From Vulcanimicrobiota bacterium (GTDB lineage: Bacteria; Vulcanimicrobiota; Vulcanimicrobiia; Vulcanimicrobiales; Vulcanimicrobiaceae), in assembly GCA_003135555.1 (NCBI GenBank), contig PLCF01000043.1:1-35481 (forward strand): DNA of 35,481 nucleotides. The letters run 5' to 3'. Within the stretch, counting starts at the first letter, position 1. Each line of letters begins with the position of its first letter. Below are positions 20,107 through 29,262 of the stretch, piece after piece. The notes beneath the pieces were generated by a model. The model searched no databases. It saw nothing but the letters and a program-made list of their open reading frames with translations, and had not been told where the DNA came from. The position numbers and the translations under genes were made by a program.

Positions 20107-21096
20107 ATGGCAGCTCTCTCGCGATCCGACTTCCTCAGCGCCGCCGGCGCGGCGGCACTCGCCGCGTCCGTGCCGCTGCGCGCCCGCGCCGCCGGGCTCG
20201 ACAGAGTCGGGCTCGACTACGCCTACTACAACCCGCCCAGCCTCGTCCTCAAGTCGAAGGGCTGGCTCGAAGAGGCGCTTTCGAAGCGCGGGACGTCGGT
20301 CGAGTGGGTGCTCTCGCTGGGCTCGAACAAGGCGAACCAGTTCTTGCAGGCCGGCGTCGTGCAGTTCGGCTCGACTGCGGGCAGCGCCGCGCTGCTGGCG
20401 CGTGCCAACGGCTCGCCGATCAAGACGGTCTTCCTGTACTCGCGCCCGGAGTGGACGGCGCTCGTTGCGCCCAAGGACTCTGCGCTCAAGAGCGTGCGCG
20501 ATCTCAAAGGCAAGAAAGTCGCCGCGACGCGCGGGACCGATCCGTGGTTCTTCTTGCTGCGCTCGCTGCAAGCGGCGGGGCTCGCACCCGGCGACGTGGA
20601 GCTGGTCGACCTCCAGCATCCCGACGGGCGCACCGCGCTCGAACGCGGTCAAGTCGATGCGTGGGCCGGCCTCGACCCGCACATGGCCGCCTCGCAACTT
20701 GATGCCGGATCGCGCCTGCTCTACCGCAACGTCGCCTTCAACACGTGGGGCGCGCTCAACATCCGCGAGGACTTTCTCGCGCAGCATTCCGACGTGGCGG
20801 CGATCGTGCTGCGCCAGTACGACCGCGCCCGCAAGTACGCGGCGTTGCACGTCGAGGAGACCGCGGCGCTGCTCTCCGACGCCTCGCATACCGAACGCCG
20901 CGTCGCCGACCTGCAATTGCGAGAACGCACCTCGTACCCCGGCGACGGCACGCCGGGAAGCGAGTATCACGACGCAATCGCGGGCGTGATTCCGCTCATC
21001 CGCGCCGACAAGCTCGCCAAAGCGGACGCCGACCTCGACGGCGCCGTCGCGGCGCTGATCGACGCGCGCCCCGCCGCGACCGCGCTGCGTGGCTAA
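20107..21096 (+). CDS. ssuA: aliphatic sulfonate ABC transporter substrate-binding protein
   Basis: LDYAYYNP, GSNKA, GSTAG, LKGKKVAATRGTDP, VDAWAGLDP; Tat-like signal SRSDFL; AGGAGG RBS. Confidence 0.88.
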   Translation: MAALSRSDFLSAAGAAALAASVPLRARAAGLDRVGLDYAYYNPPSLVLKSKGWLEEALSKRGTSVEWVLSLGSNKANQFLQAGVVQFGSTAGSAALLARANGSPIKTVFLYSRPEWTALVAPKDSALKSVRDLKGKKVAATRGTDPWFFLLRSLQAAGLAPGDVELVDLQHPDGRTALERGQVDAWAGLDPHMAASQLDAGSRLLYRNVAFNTWGALNIREDFLAQHSDVAAIVLRQYDRARKYAALHVEETAALLSDASHTERRVADLQLRERTSYPGDGTPGSEYHDAIAGVIPLIRADKLAKADADLDGAVAALIDARPAATALRG

Positions 21097-21841
21097 GGTC
21101 GAACGGTTCGCCCTCCCGCTCGTGCTGCTCGCCGGCTGGTGGGCGGCGACGGCGAGCGGAGCGATCAAGTCCTACCAGCTGGCGTCGCCGAGCGACGTGG
21201 TGCGCGAGGTGGTGTACCTCGCGCAAAGCGGCCTGCTGTGGCGCGATCTGGGTGCCAGCGTCGAACGCGTCGGCGCGGGATTCGCCATCGCGCTGGTCTT
21301 GGCGATCGTGTTGGGCTCGCTCGTGGGCGGATCGCGCGCCGCGGAACGCGCGCTCGATCCGACGCTGCAGGCGGTCCGGGCGGTGCCCTCGCTGGCGTGG
21401 GTGCCGCTGATCCTGCTCTGGCTGGGGATCGGCGAGACGGCGAAGATCACGCTGGTCGCGATCGGCGCGTTCTTCCCGGTCTACGTCGCGCTGGTGAGCG
21501 GGATCCACGGCGTCGATCGCAAGCTCGTCGAGGTCGGCACGATGTTCGGGCTCTCGCGCCGTGCGCTCATCGCTCGCGTCCTCGTCCCCGCCACGCTGCC
21601 GCAACTGCTCGTCGGCGCGCGCATCGGGCTCACCCAAGCCTGGCTGTTTCTCGTCGCCGCGGAGCTGCTCGCGGCGACGAGCGGGTTGGGCTTCCTGCTC
21701 ACCGATGGGCAGCAGACCTCGCGCACCGATGAGATTCTCGTCGCGATCCTGCTCTTCGCCGCCTGCGGCAAGCTGTCGGAGAGCGCGATGCGCCGGCTCG
21801 AAAAGCGGCTCGTCGGCTGGACGGACACGGTGCCCGCGTGA
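21089..21841 (+). CDS. ssuC: sulfonate ABC transporter permease
   Basis: VPSLAWVPLILLWLGIGE, EAA-like loop, LVAAEL. Confidence 0.88.
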   Translation: MAKVERFALPLVLLAGWWAATASGAIKSYQLASPSDVVREVVYLAQSGLLWRDLGASVERVGAGFAIALVLAIVLGSLVGGSRAAERALDPTLQAVRAVPSLAWVPLILLWLGIGETAKITLVAIGAFFPVYVALVSGIHGVDRKLVEVGTMFGLSRRALIARVLVPATLPQLLVGARIGLTQAWLFLVAAELLAATSGLGFLLTDGQQTSRTDEILVAILLFAACGKLSESAMRRLEKRLVGWTDTVPA

Positions 21842-22536
21842 GCGCGGCGCGAATTCGTGGCCTGCGCAAGGCGTACGGGACGCACCTCGTCTTCGACGGG
21901 CTCGATCTCGACGTCGGCCGCGGCGAGCGGGTCGCGATCCTGGGTGCGAGCGGCTGCGGCAAGTCGACGCTGCTGCGCTGTATTGCGGGACTCGAGCGCA
22001 GCGACGGCGGCACGATCACCACCGGCGGCGAGCTCGGCGTCGTGTTCCAAGAGCCGCGGCTGTTCCCATGGCTCGACGTCACGCGCAACGTCGCCTTCGG
22101 AGCCCGCGACGCGGGCGAGCGCCGCCGCGTCCCCGACGTCCTCGCCCTCGTGGGGCTCACGCCGGCCGCGCGCCAGCTCCCCAAAGCGCTCTCGGGCGGG
22201 ATGGCGCAGCGCGCCGCGCTCGCGCGCGCTCTGGTCCGCGACCCCCAGCTGCTGCTGCTCGACGAGCCGTTTGCGGCGCTCGATGCGCTGCGGCGGATCG
22301 AGCTGCGCGCGGCGGTGCGCGAGATCCTCATGCTCACGCGAGCGTCGGCGATCTTGGTGACGCACGACGTCGACGACGCGCTTGCGCTCGCCGAACGAGT
22401 GATCGTGTTGGCCGGCTCGCCCGCCGAGATCAGGTTCACCGGGACCGTCGGCGAGACGGCGACGCGAGCCGCGATCCTCGACGCGCTCGGGGTCGGCCGC
22501 GCCGCGCGCGGTCTCGCCCACGAGGCGGCAGGCTGA
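21838..22536 (+). CDS. ssuB: sulfonate ABC transporter ATP-binding protein
   Basis: GASGCGKST, VFQEPRLFPW, LSGGMAQR, LLLLDEPF, VTHD. Confidence 0.9.
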   Translation: MSAARIRGLRKAYGTHLVFDGLDLDVGRGERVAILGASGCGKSTLLRCIAGLERSDGGTITTGGELGVVFQEPRLFPWLDVTRNVAFGARDAGERRRVPDVLALVGLTPAARQLPKALSGGMAQRAALARALVRDPQLLLLDEPFAALDALRRIELRAAVREILMLTRASAILVTHDVDDALALAERVIVLAGSPAEIRFTGTVGETATRAAILDALGVGRAARGLAHEAAG

Positions 22537-22625
22537 CGCTCGCCCGCGGCGTGAGGTCCTACCCGATTTTGTGTATGTGACCGGCCCCAACGAGCGCCTA
22601 GGCTGGAAGCCTAGGAGGATGCTCG

Positions 22626-24449
22626 ATGAGAAAACTTGCGGCTTGGTCCGTCGTCTTGGGGGTAGTCGCCGCCTCGTGCTCGGGGCATGGCGCCGGCACA
22701 GCCTTGCCGCCGGGTCGGGCTGCCGACGCAGCGGCGAGCACGATCGGGGCGCATTCCAGCCGCCCGCAGGCCGTTCTCACCGCGCCCGCCGGCTGGGCGA
22801 CGACGGCGACAGGGGTGCTCGCGCTCGCAAACGCCGCCGATCTCGGTCAGCTCGACCGCGCGAAGACCGTCGAGGTCACCCTCGGACTCCAGATGCGCAA
22901 CGTCGAGGCGGCCAAGTCCGCCATCGCGGCGCGTCAGATCATGTCGCGCGACGCGTTCGTGAGCGGGTTCGCACCTTCGCCCGCTCAAGTAGCCGCGGCG
23001 TCGGCGTACCTGCGCGATCAAGGCTTCACCAACGTGACGGCCGCGCCCAACAACATGCTCGTCACCGCGAGCGCGCCGGCCGCGACCGTCGAGAAAGCCT
23101 TCAACACGACGCTGCACGCCTTTAGCGTGAGCGGCAAGAGCTATTTCGCCAACACGCAGCCGGCGTTCGTTCCGACCGCGCTGGGCGGCAACGTCGTCGC
23201 CGTGCTCGGCCTCACCAACGTCCCGGGTCTGCGGGCGGGGCATCCAGTGCAAGCCGCGCCCGGCGCCGCTCCCGGAACCTTCAACGCCAACGGCTCGCCC
23301 CAGCCGACGCCGTGCACGCAGAACATCAACGGGCAGACGGGCACGCCGGTGTGCCATCGGTTCTACGATCCGGCGACGTTCAACATCACCTACGACGCCG
23401 GCACGACGCCGCCGGCGACGAACACCGGCGTCGGCATCTTGACGATCGGCGACCCCACGATCGGGATCGCCGACTTCCGCGACGGCGCGACGCGCTTCGG
23501 GCTGCCGCAAGTCCCGATCAACATCATCAACGTCGAACCGCAGAGCACCGACGTCACCGGCAACGGCGAGTGGACGCTCGACATGACCTATGCGCAGGGC
23601 ATGGCCTACAACCTCAAGCGGATCGATCTCTACAACGTCGCGTCGTTTTCGTTCCACGACCTCACCGTCGGCCTGAACCGCTGGGTCAGCGATGATACCG
23701 ACCCGATCCTCAACGCCTCGCTGGGCGGGTGCGAAGCCTTTCCGTACGAGTCGGGCGACATGCTCGTCGGCGACATGATCCTCGTCGAAGCCGCCGCGCA
23801 AGGTCAGACACTGTTCGCGTCGACCGGCGACACCGGCGGATATTGCGGCGTCGCCGGCGCGCCGCCCAACGGCGGCGTCGGCGGAGCGCCGATGGTCGAG
23901 TATCCCGCGGCGTCTCCGTACGCGGTAGCGGTCGGCGGCACCGACCTCTTCAGCAACGTCGACGGCACGTACTTGGGCGAAGACGCGTGGCAGTCGGGCG
24001 GCGGCGGGATCAGCCAGTTCGAGTACTCGCCGTACTGGGAATCGCCGACCCAGATCGTCGGCACCACCCCGGCCGGCTTAACGTTCCGCGGCTTGCCCGA
24101 CGTCGCATACGATGCCGGGTTGGAAACGGGTGGGCTGACTTGGAACGGCGGCGCGTCGTTCATCAACGGCGGGACGAGCCTGGCCTCGCCGATGGCTGCC
24201 GGCGTGTACGCGCGCATGCAGAGCGCCCACGGCAACGCGCTCGGCTTCGCGCCCATCCTGCTCTATAGTCTCTACGGCAAGAGCACGCCGCAGCAGCTCA
24301 ACGGGCCGCCGGAGACGCAGCTCTACGGTCCCTTCCACGACATTCTGCAGGGCACCAACGGCCTGTACACGGCGTTGCCGAAGTACGACTACACCACCGG
24401 CATGGGAACGATGGATATCGCACGGCTCGCCTCGGCGATCGGTCCGTAA
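22626..24449 (+). CDS. S53 family peptidase (sedolisin/kumamolisin-like) with prodomain, predicted lipoprotein
   Basis: lipobox AASC; catalytic EWTLD, STGDTG oxyanion Asp, GGTSLASP; YDYTTGMG Ca-binding tail. Confidence 0.92.
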   Translation: MRKLAAWSVVLGVVAASCSGHGAGTALPPGRAADAAASTIGAHSSRPQAVLTAPAGWATTATGVLALANAADLGQLDRAKTVEVTLGLQMRNVEAAKSAIAARQIMSRDAFVSGFAPSPAQVAAASAYLRDQGFTNVTAAPNNMLVTASAPAATVEKAFNTTLHAFSVSGKSYFANTQPAFVPTALGGNVVAVLGLTNVPGLRAGHPVQAAPGAAPGTFNANGSPQPTPCTQNINGQTGTPVCHRFYDPATFNITYDAGTTPPATNTGVGILTIGDPTIGIADFRDGATRFGLPQVPINIINVEPQSTDVTGNGEWTLDMTYAQGMAYNLKRIDLYNVASFSFHDLTVGLNRWVSDDTDPILNASLGGCEAFPYESGDMLVGDMILVEAAAQGQTLFASTGDTGGYCGVAGAPPNGGVGGAPMVEYPAASPYAVAVGGTDLFSNVDGTYLGEDAWQSGGGGISQFEYSPYWESPTQIVGTTPAGLTFRGLPDVAYDAGLETGGLTWNGGASFINGGTSLASPMAAGVYARMQSAHGNALGFAPILLYSLYGKSTPQQLNGPPETQLYGPFHDILQGTNGLYTALPKYDYTTGMGTMDIARLASAIGP

Positions 24450-24471
24450 CTCGAAGCCGTCACGAGATGAT

Positions 24472-24505
24472 CGGAGAGGCGCCGGTGTGGCGCGGCGCCT
24501 CTCCG
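24472..24505 (+). terminator. GC-rich hairpin after the S53 peptidase gene
   Basis: CGGAGAGGCGCCG / CGGCGCCTCTCCG perfect 13-bp stem; no U tract. Confidence 0.55.
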
Positions 24506-24587
24506 GGCCGCGGCGATCGCGCGTTGACGAAGAGTTGACAGTCGCACGGTGCGCAAGGCAACCGTGCGAACCGACAACCGGGGTGCA

Positions 24588-24887
24588 ATGGACAGCGCAA
24601 ACGCGCGGTTTTCCGGACGTTCCAACATCGTCGTTCGCCTGGCGGAAAAGCTCGATCTGAGCACGGCGAACGTCGTTCGCGCGCAGCTGCGCGCCGTCGA
24701 GCGCGCCTGCGAGATCGACCTGAGCCGGGTGCGCAGCATCGACACGGCCGGGATGACGGAGCTGGCGACGCTGGCGCGCCGGCTCGGCCCGCGCTCGGTT
24801 CGCCTGCGTGGCGCCTCGGCGCAGTTCCGCCACGTGCTCGAGCGCGCCGGCTTACAGGCCCTGTTCGACCTCTCCCCCGCGCCCTGA
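24588..24887 (+). CDS. STAS domain protein (anti-sigma factor antagonist-like)
   Basis: LDLSTA, IDLSRVRSIDTAG, VLERAGL. Confidence 0.8.
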   Translation: MDSANARFSGRSNIVVRLAEKLDLSTANVVRAQLRAVERACEIDLSRVRSIDTAGMTELATLARRLGPRSVRLRGASAQFRHVLERAGLQALFDLSPAP

Positions 24888-24969
24888 CCCGGCGCCCCCG
24901 AACGGTCCTTCGCGACCGCGTCAAAGGGTCGAGATAGGGAAACACGCAGGGCTGCGATATTCTCCAGCG

Positions 24970-25740
24970 ATGGCGCTTCCGGTCACGCCTCACGAGGATG
25001 TCAACGGCGTGTTGTTCGCGCTTTCGCGCGACCTGTCGGCAACGTTCGCCGACGATTTCGTCGGCTTGTACCTGACCGGGTCGCTCAGCTACGGCGACTT
25101 CGACCGTGCCAGCAGCGACATCGACTTTCTAGCCGTGCTCGGGCAAGCGGTGAACGCTCAACAGCGCGCTGCGGTGGCGGAGATGCATGCGCGTATCGGG
25201 ACGGCGTTTCCCGAGTGGCAACGCCGGATCGAAGGCTCGTACGTCACGCTCGAAATGCTCGCTAACGCCGAGCCGCCTCGACAGCCCCGGCCGTACGTGA
25301 ACGGCGGCGAGCTGTGGGCGCCCGATCCGACCTACGGCCAGGAATGGATCTTGAACGGGTACGCGCTCTACGAATGCGGGATCGCGGTCGCCGGGCCGGA
25401 CCCGAAAACCCTATTCCGCGATGTCGGCTATGAGGCATATCGCGACGCGTCGATACGGTCGCTGCACGAGGAGTGGGCACCGTTGCTGCGCGACGCGTCC
25501 CGGCTGAAGAACAGTCACTATCAGGCGTACGTCACCCTGACCGTTTGCCGCATTCTGTATACCGCGCGGAACCACGGGCTTGCCTCGAAGCGCACCGCGT
25601 CGCGGTGGGTCAAACAGACGTACGGTGCGCCGTGGCGCGACCTCATCGAGAAGGCGGAGGCGTGGCAGCACGCGCGCGAGCTGCAGGAGGCGCCCGCGGT
25701 GCAGGCTTTCATCGGGTTCGCGCTCGAGCAGGCCGCCTGA
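24970..25740 (+). CDS. AadA-like nucleotidyltransferase (Pol-beta NTase plus DUF4111-like C-terminal domain)
   Basis: GLYLTGSLSYGDF..SSDIDF; LTVCRILYT...SKRTASRW. Confidence 0.82.
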   Translation: MALPVTPHEDVNGVLFALSRDLSATFADDFVGLYLTGSLSYGDFDRASSDIDFLAVLGQAVNAQQRAAVAEMHARIGTAFPEWQRRIEGSYVTLEMLANAEPPRQPRPYVNGGELWAPDPTYGQEWILNGYALYECGIAVAGPDPKTLFRDVGYEAYRDASIRSLHEEWAPLLRDASRLKNSHYQAYVTLTVCRILYTARNHGLASKRTASRWVKQTYGAPWRDLIEKAEAWQHARELQEAPAVQAFIGFALEQAA

Positions 25741-26107
25741 CGATATCCACGTGCACGTATACCTCGAGCACTCGGGCAGCGACGTTCTCGCTCATGTGGG
25801 GACCCGCGGCGGCGCGAGCCAGCACGTACAATTTCTCCATGAAGTGGCATCAAGAGCAACCCCGGAACCAGGACGTTTTGATCGTGGCGTCCGTGCGGAC
25901 CAGCGCAGCGATGGATCTGCCGGCCAGCGGAAACTGCTCGAGGCCGTCGCGAAGAACGTGCGATACCGTCGACGCCCTCTGGTGCGGGGCGAGCGTAGCG
26001 AGCAAGCGGGCGGGCACGAGCTGGACGCCTTCAAGGGTGCCGAGCGCAACCGTTGAATCCAGGGCGTCGGTCCAGCGGAGGGTCGCGGCCGCCCAGGCCG
26101 CTTGTAC

Positions 26108-26150
26108 ACGTTGCCGACGTAGCTCAGTTGGTAGAGCAGCTGTTTCGTAA
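26108..26150 (+). repeat. left att site: ACGTT plus tRNA-Thr nt 1-38 (5' half fragment)
   Basis: identical to 35127-35169; identity stops at the 3' end of the anticodon loop. Confidence 0.95.
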
Positions 26151-26465
26151 TTAACCGCGGCACCTGCACCAAGTATCGTGCGCCGCCGCAACGTACGGCG
26201 TGGTCTCAGGGCACAGAGAATCCCATGCCGCCACGTCTCGCGAGTGCTAGAGCGTGGTCTGTGATTTGGTGGGCCAATTGCGGGCTGGCCGGAAGAAAGC
26301 CGCTGGCCGGACGTCGCCGGTCTGCGCGTAGGTCGGCGGTTCGTAAGAGGGCCGCCTAGTCGGTGGGTCTTGGGGACGCAACGTCGCGCTTCGCGCCGCG
26401 CGCCCCTGAAAAGCCGAGTAGTGTGGTTCCGCTGCGAAACGCAGCGATTGTCTATTGTCGTGAAG

Positions 26466-29108
26466 TCACGGCGGTGTGGCGATATTGACCGGAATCGCGA
26501 TAGTCGCGGAGGTGCCATCGCTGCGGCTCGCGATGAGTGAGGTCTGCAAGGTCGCTTGGCCTACGGGAACCGCGCTAAGGGGGAACGGAAAAGCTGCCTG
26601 CCACTGTCCAGGGCCGGTCTGCACGAGACTGATCGTCTGGGTGCCGACCTGCAGCTTCACGGTGTTGGCGTTTGAGGTCGTGACGACGGCGATGCGTACC
26701 GGCGTGCCGTTGGAGACCACCGTCGGCGCGAGCGTGGCGTAGAAGATCTGGACCGGATCGGTCGGGCGCGCAAAGTTACTCTGCGGCGCCGAGCCGAACG
26801 TGAATACGTTTGTCTGCGCGAACGCCGTCGGCTGCGGGAGCGGCGCCGGCGACGCGGCGACCAGGCCAATCGGCACCGCGATCGCGAGCGGCGATGCCGT
26901 CGGTGCCGGTGCGACGCCGCGTGCGGATGCGGCGGCTCGCGCGTGTGGAATCTGTCCGTTGGGCGCGGGCAGCCGCGTGTTCGGAGGCAGGGTCGGCAGC
27001 GGCGCGGGCGTGGGGATGGTGTGCAGCGCCGGCCCGGGCAGCACGGGAGCACCCGGTTTGACGATGTGCGGGGTCACCACGATGATCAGCTCGTTGCGTT
27101 GACCTTGCACGGAGTCGTTGCGAAAGATGCGCCCGATCAACGGGATATCGCCCAAGAGCGGCAGCTTGGTCGTCGTGCGGGTCTCGTTCTCTTGAATCAG
27201 CCCGCCGATGATGAGCGTCTCGTCGTCGTGCAAGTGCACCGTGGTCTGGGTATCGCGGGTGCTGATCTGCGGCACGCCGTTGTTCGTTCCGATCAGACTG
27301 TTCACCACCGGATGCAGCGTGACGTTGATGCCGCCGTCGGGCGTGACCGAGGGCGTGATGTCCAGTTGGACGCCGGTCTGGAAGCTCTGGACCTGGGTCG
27401 TCGCGATCGTCCCGGCGTTGCCCGAGGTAGTCGTCAAGATCGAGATCGTGTCGCCGGCCCGAATCGACGCGGTGCGCCCGGAAAGCGTGGTGATGCGGGG
27501 GTCGGCGAGCACCCGTCCTTTGCCGTTCTGCACGAGCAGGTTGAGCTGCGCCGTGAAGGAGATCGGGGTGCGAGTGAGCGCCTGGAATTGCCCCAGCCGA
27601 CCTGTAGTCCCGTCGGCATTCGGCGGAGCCGGCATTTCGCTAAAGGTGGTGCTCAGGGCCGCGGTACCCAGCTGCAGGCCCAGGTTCTTGGCCACGCTCT
27701 CATCGACTTCGAGCACCTCGGTGTCGAGCACGACGAGCGGCGGGACGACATCGACCTTGTCGATGAACTGCCGCGCGGAGCGCACGCTGGCGGGCGGACC
27801 CAGGAGCGCGATCTGCCCGGGGGTCGGCAGCTGCACGACCCGTACGTCCGGCGTGACGATCTGCAGCGCTTGGGTGAACGACGTGACCGCATCGACGCCG
27901 CCCTGCGTCGAGCCGGGGATGTACGACTTGAGCGTGACGACATCGGTCGAGCCGTTCCCGGCCGCGGCGGTCTGCCCCACCTGTCCGGTTTGCGCATTCG
28001 GCGGCCCGTCGAGCTGGGTGACCGCGTCCGCGATGCGTTGCTGCTGCGCCGCGTTGGCCGTCACCGCAATCGCGTTGAGCGAGGCGTCGACGGTGACGTC
28101 GAGGTCGCGAAAGCTGCGCCGCAAGAGATCCGCGACGGACGACGCGTCGAGCGTGCGGATGCGATAGACCTGGGTGTAGCGTTCGCCGAAGCTGGGCAGG
28201 TCGAGTTGCGCGACGAGCGCCTTGCCGCGCTGCACGGCCTCGGGCGGCCCGGACAGGACGACGGCGCTGCCGGAGACGGCGGCGTGTAGTCCCGGCACCT
28301 GCGCCGCGAGCGAGCGGGCGACATCGCGCGGCGCGCGCCGCGACACCGGCACGGCCTCGGTCGACAGCGCGACCGGCGGCGGCGTCACGTTGGGCGCGTC
28401 CAACGCGTTGACCGCCGTCTTGATCTGCGCCATCTCGACCGGGCTCGCGGTGACGAGCAGCTGCTTGTCGCCGGCAAGGCCGAAGCGTGCTTTCGGGAAC
28501 GCTTTGCGCAACTGGTCCGCGAGCGCGCCGCCACGCGCTACGCGCAACGGCAATGCTTCGGTCGTGGCCGTCGAGGGGTCGCGCACGTCGATGCCCTGCA
28601 CCACGCTGCGGATCGCCTGCACGTCGGCCGGTGCCGCCGTGACGATGAGGGCATTGGCCCGGTCGTCCTCACGCAGCGAGACTTGTGGGAACAGCGGCCG
28701 CACCAGCGCCGCCGCCCGCTTGGCCGTGACCAGCGACAGCGGGATGACGACCGGTCCGCCCGCACCGGTGCGCGCGGCGCCGTTCGACGCCGCGATGTCG
28801 TACACACCGTCGCGAAGCCGATAGCCGGCGCCCAGCGGCTCGAGAATCGCGCGCAATGCCTGCGCGAGCGTGACCCCGTGCAGCTCGAGCGTCACGTACC
28901 CGCTCACGCCGTCCGAGACCGCGATGTTGGCACCCGTTTGGTGGGCCAACCGCAACAGCACCGCCCGCACCGGCTCGTTCTGCGCGTGCAGCGTCACGCT
29001 CGTTCGCAGCGGCTCGGCCGATCGCGCCGGGGCGCCACCGACCGCCGATGCCAGCCCGAGGCACAGAATCGCGCACCTGCTCCAGCGGTGTGCGCTGCGG
29101 AAATTCAC
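26466..29108 (-). CDS. outer-membrane secretin (GspD/PilQ superfamily): signal peptide, STN, ~5 N domains, secretin core, Pro-rich linker, C-terminal beta domain
   Basis: VLADPRITTLSG, GVQLDITP, ISTRDTQTTV, LIIGGLIQE, KLPLLGDIPLIGRIF, ELIIVVTPHIV. Confidence 0.93.
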   Translation of the reverse strand: MNFRSAHRWSRCAILCLGLASAVGGAPARSAEPLRTSVTLHAQNEPVRAVLLRLAHQTGANIAVSDGVSGYVTLELHGVTLAQALRAILEPLGAGYRLRDGVYDIAASNGAARTGAGGPVVIPLSLVTAKRAAALVRPLFPQVSLREDDRANALIVTAAPADVQAIRSVVQGIDVRDPSTATTEALPLRVARGGALADQLRKAFPKARFGLAGDKQLLVTASPVEMAQIKTAVNALDAPNVTPPPVALSTEAVPVSRRAPRDVARSLAAQVPGLHAAVSGSAVVLSGPPEAVQRGKALVAQLDLPSFGERYTQVYRIRTLDASSVADLLRRSFRDLDVTVDASLNAIAVTANAAQQQRIADAVTQLDGPPNAQTGQVGQTAAAGNGSTDVVTLKSYIPGSTQGGVDAVTSFTQALQIVTPDVRVVQLPTPGQIALLGPPASVRSARQFIDKVDVVPPLVVLDTEVLEVDESVAKNLGLQLGTAALSTTFSEMPAPPNADGTTGRLGQFQALTRTPISFTAQLNLLVQNGKGRVLADPRITTLSGRTASIRAGDTISILTTTSGNAGTIATTQVQSFQTGVQLDITPSVTPDGGINVTLHPVVNSLIGTNNGVPQISTRDTQTTVHLHDDETLIIGGLIQENETRTTTKLPLLGDIPLIGRIFRNDSVQGQRNELIIVVTPHIVKPGAPVLPGPALHTIPTPAPLPTLPPNTRLPAPNGQIPHARAAASARGVAPAPTASPLAIAVPIGLVAASPAPLPQPTAFAQTNVFTFGSAPQSNFARPTDPVQIFYATLAPTVVSNGTPVRIAVVTTSNANTVKLQVGTQTISLVQTGPGQWQAAFPFPLSAVPVGQATLQTSLIASRSDGTSATIAIPVNIATPP

Positions 29109-29119
29109 GGTTGGCCTAC

Positions 29120-29173
29120 TTGACGGGACGAGCGATGAGCGCTTAATATACGGTGCCCTGTACTTTTGGTCAA
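29120..29173. promoter_or_regulatory. overlapping divergent sigma70-type promoters sharing one -10 patch
   Basis: plus strand TTGACG (29120-29125), 18 nt, TAATAT (29144-29149); minus strand TTGACC (29173-29168), 17 nt, TATATT (29150-29145). Confidence 0.7.
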
Positions 29174-29262
29174 GGTGCCGGTATGACTAGGCGCATATCG
29201 TCCTAGGCTATCGGAACAGGCGCATTTTTCGTCTCCGCCTTCCGGGCGGGGGAGCTTTGCTC

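Noticed and set aside
25820..25870. Selenocysteine read-through at C-S-TGA-C
   Set aside because: No convincing start/RBS or SECIS hairpin identified; the TGA sits where Trp would be expected, so a nonsense mutation or chance is more likely.
26113..26190. Second intact tRNA, or an intron-containing tRNA
   Set aside because: No 3' anticodon strand, T arm or acceptor 3' strand follows nt 38, and the downstream copy already has its own 5' half, so this is an att duplication.
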